From positions 2,528,001-2,592,000 of the forward strand of contig OZ245033.1 of assembly GCA_965224025.1 (NCBI GenBank): a stretch of 64,000 bases of DNA, in the 5' to 3' direction. The stretch's first letter is position 1. Every line of letters begins with the position of its first letter. The notes under the pieces were generated by a model, which saw nothing but the letters and a program-made list of their open reading frames with translations, searched no databases and was not told where the DNA came from. This document shows positions 29,359-39,349 of this stretch, in pieces. The position numbers and the translations under genes are program-made. The stretch is from Candidatus Multivorans sp. (GTDB lineage Bacteria > Acidobacteriota > Thermoanaerobaculia > Multivoradales > Multivoraceae).

Positions 29359-30887
29359 TGGCACTCGGCGCCTCCCGCTCCGTTGAGCCGGACCGCGCGG
29401 CCGCAGAACTCTTCCTCGCACATTTCGCGCAGCGTTTCCCGGTCCTCGACGTTGGCCCACGTCCGGCGTCCGTCGGGCAGCCGGCAGGCCAGGTGGGCGA
29501 CGGTGGGCTCGAAGCTCGGAGCCTCCCTCTCGCCGTAGACAGACCGGTACGACGTGGACTTCGCGCTGCCGCCGCCGAACATGACGGTGTACGACTCGAT
29601 TTCGGTCCGTCCCGCGTAGTCGGTCACCGCTTCACGTTTGGGTAGCGCGTGGACCTCGGCGGTCAGGTCCTCGTGCCGGTACGGCTCGACCGGTTCGTCT
29701 GTTCCATAGACACCGAAGGAGTGCTTGGTCAGCATGCCGCCGTTCGCGGTGACCAGCGCCCGGCCGCCGTCCTTTTGGCGGAGCAGTTCCGCCGTGCGGG
29801 CGATCGAGTGCATCACGTAGCTGTTGAGCGGGCCGCCGCCGAACGTCAGGCCGCCGGTGACGGTGAGCGGACGCTCCGGGTCCAGGCCGAGCTCGCTGGC
29901 GGCCACCTGTACGGAACTCGGGAAGCAACTGTAGACGTCGACGAAGTCGAGGTTCGGCACCTCGACGCCGGCCAGCTCCAGTGCCCGGTGTCCGCCGAGC
30001 CGGATGGCTGGGGACGAGTGGAGCGTGTCTCGCTCGGAGACGAAGTAGTGATCGACGGCGTCCGTACCGGAAAGCGGGAACACCATCTTCGAGGGCGGCA
30101 CGCCCAGCGCTCGTGCTGTTTCGAGCGAGCAGAGAACGAGCGCCGCCGCCATGTCCACGCGCATGTTCGCGTTCATGAGCTTCGTGTAGGGGTAGGTCAC
30201 GGCACGGTTGGCGGGCGACACGGTGCCGATGTCTCCGGCGGTCAACGGCTTCCTGATCCAGGCGTTGGGGTTGTCCTGCGCCACCCGGTTGAAGCCAGCC
30301 CAGAGTTCGGCGATGCGGGCGCGGTGATCGCTCACGGCTTCCTGGTTCTGGCGTCGCAGCGCGATCTCGAACAGCGAGTAGTACTGCACTGCCTGCTGGA
30401 TGCCGCGGTTCATCTCGATCTCGTGCCGCGTCCAGCGCGTGTCGCCGTAGCTCACGTCGGGCAGCTTCGATGGGTCGTCGTCCTGAAGCCAGTCCAGCTC
30501 CACGCCCATCTTTCCGGCCCGGCCCATCGTGCGGCCGCACTCGGCGGCGCAGAGCACGATTGCCTGGCGGCGCCCGCTCTGGATGTCAAGGGCGCTCTGG
30601 TTGAAGACCGTCTGCACCTGGTTGCCGCCGACCACGGAAAGGCCGGTCTCGGCGTTGCCGAGTTCAAGTGCCTCGATCACCGCCAGGGCCGGATTCCGGT
30701 AGCCCCAGACACCCTTCATCGCCCGCACAGAGTCGATCCGAGCGGGCAGGGCGAGGGTCTCGGCGTCATCGATCGCGCTTTGCACCGCTTCGATCATCAG
30801 TTCGATCGGCGCGCGTGCCTCCTCCGGCTCGTCAGAGCGCTGGAGCATCTGAGCGATACCGATCAGAACGGGAGTGCGTTGACTCAT
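29355..30887 (-). CDS. Acetyl-CoA acetyltransferase-like (thiolase-fold) protein
   Basis: Motifs RTPVLIG, YPYTKLMNAN, DVYSCFP and LTVTGGLTFGGGP. Confidence 0.85.
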   Translation of the reverse strand: MSQRTPVLIGIAQMLQRSDEPEEARAPIELMIEAVQSAIDDAETLALPARIDSVRAMKGVWGYRNPALAVIEALELGNAETGLSVVGGNQVQTVFNQSALDIQSGRRQAIVLCAAECGRTMGRAGKMGVELDWLQDDDPSKLPDVSYGDTRWTRHEIEMNRGIQQAVQYYSLFEIALRRQNQEAVSDHRARIAELWAGFNRVAQDNPNAWIRKPLTAGDIGTVSPANRAVTYPYTKLMNANMRVDMAAALVLCSLETARALGVPPSKMVFPLSGTDAVDHYFVSERDTLHSSPAIRLGGHRALELAGVEVPNLDFVDVYSCFPSSVQVAASELGLDPERPLTVTGGLTFGGGPLNSYVMHSIARTAELLRQKDGGRALVTANGGMLTKHSFGVYGTDEPVEPYRHEDLTAEVHALPKREAVTDYAGRTEIESYTVMFGGGSAKSTSYRSVYGEREAPSFEPTVAHLACRLPDGRRTWANVEDRETLREMCEEEFCGRAVRLNGAGGAECQ

Positions 30888-31023
30888 CGTATGCTTGCCC
30901 TTCAGGGCTGGTGGGACGCTGTCGAGTGGGGAAGCGCGAGCGGCGAGTGTAGCTTGCCGGGTTGTCCGGCGCCGCTCCTGAGCGCTGCGCTAACGTAGCC
31001 GCGTTCGGCGCCGGCCCCAGCAG

Positions 31024-32766
31024 ATGCTCACCAAGCTCACGATCCGCAACTTCAAGCGCTTCGAGGAGGTCGAGATCGAGCTGGGCAACCCGGTGGTCCT
31101 GATCGGTCCGAACAACTCGGGCAAGACCTCGGCGATGCAGGCCCTGGCGCTCTGGGACATCGGTCTCCGGCGCTGGAGGGAGAAGCGATCGGGCGGCAGC
31201 GCTCCGGAGAAGCGCCCCGGCGTGACCGTGAACCGGCGCGACCTGGTGGCGATCCCGGTTCCGAACGCCAACCTGCTGTGGCGGGAACTCCACACCCGGC
31301 ACGTGCGCCTTGTGGATGGCCGGCAGCGCACGGACAACATCTGCATCGACGTACTGGTCGAAGGAACGACCGGCGGGGAGGCGTGGCGGTGCGGCCTGGA
31401 GTTCGACTACGCGAACCAGGAGTCCTTCTACTGCAGGCCGCTGCGCCTCGGCACGGATGGTCCGGTGAAGCGGATGCCGATACCGGAGCAGGCCATGGTC
31501 GTCGACGTGGCCTACCTGCCGCCGATGTCGGGCCTGGCCTCGGCCGAGACGCGGCTCGATCCCGGTACGGTGAACGTGCGCATCGGCGAGGGGCGCACCG
31601 GCGAGGTGCTGCGCAACCTCTGCTTCCGCATTCACGAGCAGGATACGGCGTCCTGGGATCGGATGGCGGAGCGGATCGAGCGGCTCTTCGGCGTCGAACT
31701 CGACCCGCCCGTGTACGTCGAGGAGCGCGGCGAGATCTCGATGCGGTACCGCGAGCGGAGAATCTGGCTCGATCTCTCGTCGAGTGGCCGCGGCCTGCAG
31801 CAGACGCTGCTGATCCTGGCCTACATGTACATGCATCCCGGCGCCGTCCTCCTGCTCGACGAGCCGGACGCGCACCTGGAGATCCTCCGCCAGCGCGAGG
31901 TGTACTCCCTGATCCGGGAGGTCGCAGCGAAGAGCCACAGCCAGATCGTCGTGGCCAGTCACTCCGAGGTGCTGCTCGGCGAGGCGGCCGGGACGGACAC
32001 CGTGATCGCGTTCGTGGGCAGGCCGCACCGGATCGACGACGGCGGCAGCCAGGTCGCCAAGGCGCTGACCCGGATCGGCTTCAACCAGTACCTGCAGGCC
32101 GAACTGACCGGCTGGGTGCTCTATCTCGAGGGATCGACGGACCTGGCGATCCTCAAGGCGTTCGCGAACCGGTTGGGGCACGAGGGCGCGATGAAGGCGC
32201 TCGACCGGCCCTTCGTTCAGTACGTCGGTGACCGGCTCTCGACCGCCGAGCGGCACTTCCACGGGCTTCGGGAAGCGTCGCCGCGGCTTCGGGGCGTCGC
32301 CCTGCTCGATGACCTCCCGGAGAAGGCGCCGACGGACGACGGTCTGGAGCGTCTGGCCTGGAGCAAGCGGGAAATCGAGAACTACCTGTGCTCGCGGTCG
32401 GCTCTTGGGGCGTACGCCGCCGACTGCGCCCGGCAGGAGGCGTCGGGTCCGTTGTTCGAAGAGTCGGAGGCGGACCGGCACGTCGACGCGATGCGGGAGT
32501 CGGTGGTGGAGGTGGAGAAGGCTCTTGGCCATCTCGACCGGCCCGACCCGTGGAGCGCGGAGACAAAGGCCAGCGTGGACTTTCTCGGACCGCTGTTCGA
32601 GACCTACGCCGCCAAGCTAGGCCAGCCCAACCTGATGGCGAAGACGAACTTCCACCGGCTGGCCGAGTTCGTGCCGCGGGAGGAGATCGATCCCGAGGTG
32701 TTGGAGAAGCTCGACGCGATCGCCCGCGTGGCTGAGGCCGCCGAGGCCGCGCGCGAAGAGTCGTGA
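31024..32766 (+). CDS. OLD-like ATP-dependent nuclease (ABC/AAA ATPase plus TOPRIM)
   Basis: ATPase motifs IRNFKRF, GPNNSGKT, LLLDEPDAHL and ASHS. TOPRIM-like motifs LYLEGSTD, LLDD and REIENYL. Confidence 0.8.
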   Translation: MLTKLTIRNFKRFEEVEIELGNPVVLIGPNNSGKTSAMQALALWDIGLRRWREKRSGGSAPEKRPGVTVNRRDLVAIPVPNANLLWRELHTRHVRLVDGRQRTDNICIDVLVEGTTGGEAWRCGLEFDYANQESFYCRPLRLGTDGPVKRMPIPEQAMVVDVAYLPPMSGLASAETRLDPGTVNVRIGEGRTGEVLRNLCFRIHEQDTASWDRMAERIERLFGVELDPPVYVEERGEISMRYRERRIWLDLSSSGRGLQQTLLILAYMYMHPGAVLLLDEPDAHLEILRQREVYSLIREVAAKSHSQIVVASHSEVLLGEAAGTDTVIAFVGRPHRIDDGGSQVAKALTRIGFNQYLQAELTGWVLYLEGSTDLAILKAFANRLGHEGAMKALDRPFVQYVGDRLSTAERHFHGLREASPRLRGVALLDDLPEKAPTDDGLERLAWSKREIENYLCSRSALGAYAADCARQEASGPLFEESEADRHVDAMRESVVEVEKALGHLDRPDPWSAETKASVDFLGPLFETYAAKLGQPNLMAKTNFHRLAEFVPREEIDPEVLEKLDAIARVAEAAEAAREES

Positions 32767-32800
32767 TGGGATGCCTGCGCGAAGGAGCGAGGTGGCTCTG

Positions 32801-33109
32801 ATGGTTGGCGGGCGGGCCGAGATTCCCTTCCTGGCGGCCGGGGCCGCGGTGCTCGTCGCCGCCGGCTTGATGGGTCTCTCCTGCACTGCTCCGGTGACCG
32901 TCCCGGCCGACGGCGATACCAGGACGCAGTCCGAGCAGCCGAACATCCTGTTCCTGTTCGCCGACGATCAGCGCGCCGACACGATCGGGGCCTGGGGCAA
33001 CGAGCTGATCGATACCCCGAACCTGGACCGCCTGGTGGCCGAAGGGTGGAGCTTTCGGCGCAACTACGTATTCCCTTGTGCATCAAGGTCCTTCAGCCAT
33101 CCCCGGTAG
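32801..33109 (+). pseudogene. Sulfatase N-terminal fragment
   Basis: Signal peptide, then PNILFLFADDQRADTIG...TPNLDRL. Homology ends near 33068, before an intact CxPxR motif. Confidence 0.8.
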
Positions 33110-34194
33110 GGGCGTTCCAGGCGCCGCTCGCGCTCGGAGGAGCGTGAAGGGTTGGCGCTCACTCCCCAAGATGCACCGAGCACTACGCCGATCACGCGCG
33201 ACCGAGCTGCCCGCGATACGCGATTTACGTCAACCTCCTTCCGTCGGCGAAGAAATGTGTTGCCCACGTAATTCCCCGTCACTCGCGTAAAGGGAGCAGT
33301 GCGTCCCAAGAAATCTGGTGTAGCCTGCTGTTCCGGCCTCAGGGCGAAGCTCCTCCGCGGCGCGCTTGAGTGCGCGGGCCGGCGCAATTCCATGCGTCTC
33401 CGTCGCGCGTCCGATGCCGTGGCAGTGCATGGCGTGCATGGCGCGAGGCCCGCGGCGGCAGCCGCGCCCGCCGGGCCGGTCTTTCGCGTCACTCGACGAC
33501 CCGGGCGTCGGCGCACCGGAAGTTGAGTCCGCTCGTTGAACTCGACTCCGACGGCCGCAATAGGAGAAGACATCGTGACCACGTTCCTCGGAGCCGGCGC
33601 AGTAATGCTGTTACTGTACAGTCCTATTGTTGTATTTGGTCAACAACCAGAGCCACTGCAGTACCGCGATGGAAGTCGAACAATCAAGCTCACACTATCC
33701 GCGGATCTGGTATTCGACGTCCGATCAAAGAACATCGTACCGGCAGAGTCAAGAGACGACGCGCCTCGCAAGTCGGCAAGTGCTTCGACTGCGGCAGATC
33801 CGGTTCTAGTGTAGTGTCTCCGACATGGGTTGACAGTTTCGGTTAAGTTCGTCAGTATTCCGTTCATGTGGGAACCAGCGGAACGACTTGACATCGAAGA
33901 GAGCGATCGAGCGCTTCTCAAGAAAGGCGCTTCAGGGTTGTGTGTGGGCATGAAGTGACTCCGGCGCGAGGTCGAGTCCGCCGAGATGGAAGTAGATGGC
34001 GAGCCGGAAGTGTGCTCGGTTTCGATAGCCGTGCGCTTTTCGCTTGATCTCCTGTATCTTCGCGTTGATGCCTTCGGCGCGGGCGTTGGAGACGGTGGAC
34101 ACGGCGGCGTTGATGACGGCATCCCAGTGGTTTGAGGTGGTCCCGGTCCTTTGGACAGTTTCGAGGCCGGGCTAAGGTGTACTCCATGTGTTGA

Positions 34195-35061
34195 TTACGC
34201 CGCAGCCGCCGTCGCCGGGGCTGTGGAAAACTCTCGATTCTGCGGAATGCCCATTAGTCCGCGGTGGGCTTCGGCAGGTGTCCTGCCGCCGAGCGCCGTG
34301 TGTGGCCGCTCCTCATTGTAGAAGGCGAGCCACCCATCGATCACCCGCCGCGCCTCGATGCCGTCGACGAGTTCGTTCAGGTAGACCGCCTCGTACTTCA
34401 GCGAGCGCCACAGGCGCTCGATGAAGATGTTGTCGAGGAAGCGACCCCGGCCGTCCATCGAGATCTTCACCGTCGCGTTCTCGAGAAGACCGGTGAAGTC
34501 GCCGCTCGTGAACTGGCTCCCCTGATCCGTGTTGAAGATGTCCGGCTTGCCGTACCGGTCGAGGGCTTCGGCGAAGGCCTCGACGCAGAACGATGCGTCC
34601 AGGCTGTTCGACAGCCGCCAGGACAACACCCGACGGCTCGCCCAGTCCATGACCGCCACCAGGTACAGGAACCCGCCGCGCACCGGAATGTACGTTATGT
34701 CCGAGCACCAGACTTGATCCGGACGCTCGATGGAAAGCCCCCTGAGCAGATAGGGATAGACCTTGTGCTCCGGGTGAGGCTTGCTGGTCCGCGGCGCCCG
34801 GTAGATCGCCGCGATACCCATCAACCGCATCAGACGCCGCACCCGGTGACGACCGACCCGAACGCCCTCTCGGCGAAGGTGGCGGACCATCTGACGCGAA
34901 CCGTAGAACGGGTACAGCAGGAACAGCTCGTCGATCCTGCGCATCAGGGCCAGCGTCTCGGCGCTCTCGCCCTTGGGCCGGTAGTACAGCGAGGAACGGC
35001 TGATCTCGAGCAGACGGCACTGCCGACTCAAGCTCACGTCACCCGTCTCCCGCTCGATCAT
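34195..35061 (-). CDS. IS3-family transposase OrfB
   Basis: Motifs WCSDITY, NTDQGSQFTS and DNIFIERLWRSLKYE. Confidence 0.92.
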   Translation of the reverse strand: MIERETGDVSLSRQCRLLEISRSSLYYRPKGESAETLALMRRIDELFLLYPFYGSRQMVRHLRREGVRVGRHRVRRLMRLMGIAAIYRAPRTSKPHPEHKVYPYLLRGLSIERPDQVWCSDITYIPVRGGFLYLVAVMDWASRRVLSWRLSNSLDASFCVEAFAEALDRYGKPDIFNTDQGSQFTSGDFTGLLENATVKISMDGRGRFLDNIFIERLWRSLKYEAVYLNELVDGIEARRVIDGWLAFYNEERPHTALGGRTPAEAHRGLMGIPQNREFSTAPATAAAA

Positions 35062-35081
35062 CCGCAGGCGCTCGGTCCGGC

Positions 35082-35363
35082 TCAGTGCCCGAGCCCCCTG
35101 GACAAGAAATCCCGCTCGATCGTCAGCTCCCCGATCTTCGCGTGCAGGTCCCTGATCTCCTCCTCGTGGTCCCGGCGCCGCTCCGGCCCGGCCGAGAAGG
35201 TCTCACTCATCCCCTCGATCGCCTTCCGCTTCCAACTGCTCACCTGATTCGGGTGAATCCGGTGCCGCGATGCGATCGCCGCGAGCGGCTTCTCCTCACG
35301 CAGCGCCTCAAGCGCCACCTTCGACTTGAAAGCCGCAGTGAACTTCCGACGCTTCCTCTTCAT
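35082..35363 (-). CDS. IS3-family transposase OrfA
   Basis: Motif RRKFTAAFKSKVALEAL...IHPNQVSSWK. Confidence 0.92.
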   Translation of the reverse strand: MKRKRRKFTAAFKSKVALEALREEKPLAAIASRHRIHPNQVSSWKRKAIEGMSETFSAGPERRRDHEEEIRDLHAKIGELTIERDFLSRGLGH

Positions 35364-37876
35364 CCTGGCTCCTCCTCTAGGTCGAGGAGTACACCTTAGC
35401 CACCTGTCCAGTTTTCCGGGACCACCTCAGTTCTTGATCATCTTCGCCACCTGCTTGATCGGTTCCAGGCGACTGCGGACGGCCCAGTTGTACCAGCGCT
35501 TCCACCGTCGCTCGGCCCAGCCGCGGCGCACGTAGCCCCACGAGGAGCGCGCCATCTCCTTGATCGCCCAAGCGCGAGCCACGCGAAGGTGACTCGCGCG
35601 AAGAGCAGCGAAACGCCGCTGCTGCAGGCGCGTCATTCGTCCACTCTTCATCAACCACAGGTAGCGGCTCCGCTTCAGACGCGAATCCCCCGCTTCGAGC
35701 AGCTCCCGCTGCTCAGCACGGCGAACCAGGTCCACGGCGTGGTTCAGGTGCGCGACGATGTGGAACCTGTCGTGCACGATGTCCGCATCCGTGTACTCCT
35801 CCACCGAGGAGATGTAGGCCGGCCACATGTCCATCGCCACCTGCTCGATACCCGCGCAGCTCTTCTCACCCAACTCCTGGAAGTAACCGTCGATGGCCGA
35901 CCGGCCGCGACCGTCGGCCACATGGGTCACCACCCCGCGTCCCAGATCGTTGACTACCGTCACGTACTCGTGGCGCTTCCGAAACGACGTCTCGTCCACG
36001 CCGATCAACCGAGGCGGCTTCATCTCTCGCCGTGCCAGACCCCGTTCCACGGCCCGCCGCTGAATCCCCGCCGCCTGATCCCAACTCAGACCCAGACGGC
36101 AAGCCACCGCATGCACGCTTGCCTCACGCAGCCACTCGACAGCCTCCGCTTCGAACAGCGCCGTGAACCGCGAACCCGAGTCCGCCCAAGGCACCTTCAA
36201 CTGGCGAATGCCGTGCTCGACGCAACGCACCCGAGGCACCTCCGCGTGAACCCGAGTCTGGTGCTGCATCGTGTCCAGGTGACGCCAACGGCGATGCCTC
36301 TTGTCGTAGCCCGGACACGGCAAACCGCACTCCGGACAGCGAGTCTCTCCACAATGCTCGACGTGGATCTCCACCGTGCCGCCAACCACCGGACCCCGGC
36401 GACGCGGATGCCGCTCGTCCATGCGAAGCACCACCTCCCGCACACCCCACGGCGGTTTGATCCCCAACAGCCTCTCGAACGTCTTGGCACTCTTCATCCC
36501 GCCAGTCTAAGGCCGATCGGCAGCCTCTCTAGCAGCTCCGTCCCCACACAACAGCCTGAAGACCCTCAAGAAATGGGTAGAGGCGCCGACGACGCCACAA
36601 CGCACGGTCCGGCGTAGCCGGATCGTGCTCGCTGCGGCGGAGGGCACGGCCAATCGGGCGATCGCGGCGAAACTCGGAGTTTCGCGGCCCACGGTGCTGC
36701 TGTGGCGTCGTCGGTTCGCGGAGGACGGGCCTTCGGGGCTGACCAGGGATCGTCCCCGCGGTTGCGGAAAGCCGCCGCTCTCGGAGTCGGTCGTGCGTAA
36801 AGTGATCGAAGCGACGCTGCACGAGAAGCCGCCCGGTCAGACCCACTGGAGCGTGCGTTCGATGGCTCGGGCCCAGGGCATCAGTCCGGCGGCGGTCCAG
36901 CGCATCTGGGCGGCGCACGGGCTGAAGCCCCATCTGGTCAGGACGTTCAAGCTGAGTAACGACCCCAGGTTCGTGGAAAAGCTGCGGGACGTTGTGGGCC
37001 TGTACCGGAATCCGCCCGAGAATGCGCTTGTGCCGTGCGTGGACGAGAAGAGCCAGATCCAGGCTCTGGACCGGACCCAGCCAGGTTTGCCGCTCAAGCG
37101 CGGCCGCGCGGGAACGATGACCCACGACTACAAGCGCAACGGGACGACGACGTTGTTCGCTGCGCTGAACGTGTTGGAGGGCACGGTGATCGCGGAGTGC
37201 ATGGGCCGGCAGCGCCACCAGGAGTTTCTCCGTTTCCTCAAGCGTCTCGACCGTGAGATCCCAAAGCACCTCGACCTGCACCTGATCCTGGACAACTACC
37301 AGACCCACAAACACGCCGCCGTGCGCGCATGGCTGGAGCGAAAGCCTCGCTTCCACCTCCATTTCATTCCCACTTCGTCGCCCTGGCTTAACCTGGTCGA
37401 ACGCTGGCTGGGCGGTCTGACCACGAAGGCGATCCGGCGCGGTGCATTCCAGAGCGTCAACGACCTCGTAAAGACCATCTACGACTATGTGGACCACAGC
37501 AACGAAAACTCCCGGCCGTTCGTCTGGACGGCCACCGCCGACAGCATCGTCGCAAAGGTTACACGTGGTAAAGCCATGTTGGAGACACCACATTAGATAC
37601 GGATATCCCAGTCTTTGTCACTGACGTTGGCCAGCGCCTGGTTCCGGTTGGCGGCGTCATCTTAGTTCTTCACGGTTCATGGACTATCGAAGACTGCGAG
37701 TCCTTTCTGGACTGGCATGGTCTTAGTGACGATGCAGAGTTCATGATAGGCCTGCCGAACTACTACGCGATTGACACGCAACCGGGTGTAGCCGCCATCG
37801 ACCTTGCAAACAAACTAGCGGCGGCTGACGGCGTTGTGTTGTCGGTTCCGAACTTCTGGAAGGAGGTTAAGGAACG

Positions 37877-38860
37877 ATGAGAGATGCACGAGGTACATGC
37901 TTCAAGGGCTCCAAGCGAGCGAGGATACTTGGGATCCTATGCATTCTAACGCCATCGAGTCTGACTGGTCAAAATGTTCCAGATCGTCCAAGCAGGGCTC
38001 TTGTCGATTCGGGATCCACGTCGATGAGCCTGTCTGTAAGTTGGACCGAGCCGACCGGTCAACCTACGTCATACGATGTAAGGTATCGGTTGGAATACGC
38101 GTCTAGTTCCAGCTATACTGATGGGCCTCAAGATGTAGCCACCACTTCCACTACGATCACGGGCCTCACAACGAACACGGCCTACATGGTTCAGGTAAGA
38201 GCATCCAATGCTAATGGCGATAGTCCATGGTCGGGAGATAGTGTAGGTTACACTGGCGCAACCGTAAAGGTTAGCAATAGCGGTGAAACCAATGCCGCCG
38301 ATAAGACTTTGAACTACCCTAATTCCTATAACCCAAGATTCGCTACTGGATTCACTCCGGGTCCTGGAACCTGGACCATTACCGCTGTCGAGTTAGAGTT
38401 GAAGCAGTGTCCTGAGAGTGTCAGTTGGCTTCAAGTCAAGATCTGGGACGAGGACGCCCTCTCCGACGGTAATCCGGGGGTTCAACTCTACGCTAGTCTC
38501 GATAACCCCGTCTGCGAGGTTGGGTATGTGAAGTATGTGGTCCCGGCGCCTCCCGTCAATGCCGTGAGCGCATTCTCTGGAGGGTCGAAATATTTTGTTG
38601 GCTTGTTTATCCGTGCCGGTACGGCGATCAAGCTTGGAGTTACTGAGGGAGATGGCGAGGATGGCGCTTCTGCTACTGGTTGGGTTATCGACAATACAGG
38701 TATTGCTCGTGATTCGAATGCCGTTTGGAGTGCGGATGATTCGAGTCTGAAGCTCAAGATCTGGGCCATTCCCTACAGCGCTCCACCCGCGCCAAACTTG
38801 CCTCCAGTGTTTACTGAAACAGGTCTTGTGACGCGATCGGTAGCGGAGAATACTGCCTCT
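37877..38860 (+). pseudogene. Secreted fibronectin type III protein, truncated at the start of a cadherin-like repeat
   Basis: Fn3 motifs SVSWTEP, YDVRYR and ITGLTTNTAYMVQVRASNANGDSPWS. Ends at NLPPVF...TRSVAENT. The ORF to 39112 only reads through an antisense fragment. Confidence 0.7.
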
Positions 38861-38914
38861 TTCGAGTTGCGAGTGGGTAGGGCGCGGGCGAGTGCAGATG
38901 CTGCGGGGGTGATG

Positions 38915-39220
38915 AGCGAGAGTTCCTTGGCTCTGCCCGGACCGATGGCCCGGGACAGCCGCGCGGAGAGACCCCAGCCGGAGAGCAGGCCGACGCGGGC
39001 GTGGGTGTCCGCGAAGCGCGCCTCCGGGGTTGCGATCAGCAGGTCGCAGGACAGGGCGATCTCGAAGCCGCCGGTCACGGCGATGCCGTTGATCGCGCCG
39101 ATCACCGGTTGACGGAGCGAGCGGAGCAGTTTCGGCGGGTCGGCGATGGCCTTGCGCTTTCGGTTCGGATCGCTCATCTCCTTCAGGTCGAGGCCGGCGC
39201 GGAGGGCGCGGCCGGCGCCG
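38915..39220 (-). pseudogene. Enoyl-CoA hydratase internal fragment
   Basis: Reads GAGRA..AGLDLKE...PVIGAINGIAVTGGFEIALSCDLLIA...FADTHARVG. Both ends are missing. Confidence 0.8.
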
Positions 39221-39349
39221 CTCCGACTCGTCATCCCCGCGCAGATCCTCGATCGTGTGGGCGAGCAGGTCTCTCCTTCTTCGTGGAACGGGTGGGGAAT
39301 CTTACGGCACGCGGTAACCTCTCGACAGACCTGTGCGAGGGAGGCAGCG

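Larger units (their letters stand above)
34133..35429 (-). mobile_element. IS3-family element (intact)
   Basis: Perfect 14-bp IR TGAGGTGGTCCCGG, with a GTT duplication at 34130-34132 and 35430-35432. Confidence 0.95.
33926..36565 (-). mobile_element. ISL3-family element, interrupted by IS3
   Basis: IRs GGCGCTTCAGGGTTGTGTGTGGG and CCCACACAACAGCCTGAAGACCC, with an 8-bp TCAAGAAA duplication at 33918-33925 and 36566-36573. The transposase runs from 36497 to 35430 and resumes at 34129 (CPECG, GVDE, DRFH, EGINAKIQ, GYRN). Confidence 0.93.
33809..37593 (+). mobile_element. IS630-family element, interrupted by ISL3
   Basis: IRs GTGTAGTGTCTCCGACATGG and CCATGTTGGAGACACCACAT, with TA duplicated at 33807-33808 and 37594-37595. 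The transposase runs 33866-33925 plus 36574-37596 (VDEKSQIQAL, THDYKRNGT, LDNY, WLNLVERW). Confidence 0.92.
33575..37880 (+). pseudogene. Secreted protein of about 172 aa, split by the IS630 nest (parts 33575-33808 and 37596-37880)
   Basis: AGGAG RBS and GTG start. Removing the IS630 restores ...ADPVL-DTDIPVFVTDVGQRLVPVGGV...PNFWKEVKER*, whose stop overlaps the ATG at 37877. Confidence 0.75.

Noticed and set aside
33110-33570. Possible ncRNA or gene in the gap after the sulfatase fragment
   Set aside because: It contains only GC-rich hairpins expected by chance and an RBS-like AAGGAGG without a credible ORF; nothing supportable.
37877-39112. 411-aa ORF as an intact protein
   Set aside because: After about 38860 the frame reads the antisense strand of an enoyl-CoA hydratase fragment and the base composition shifts.
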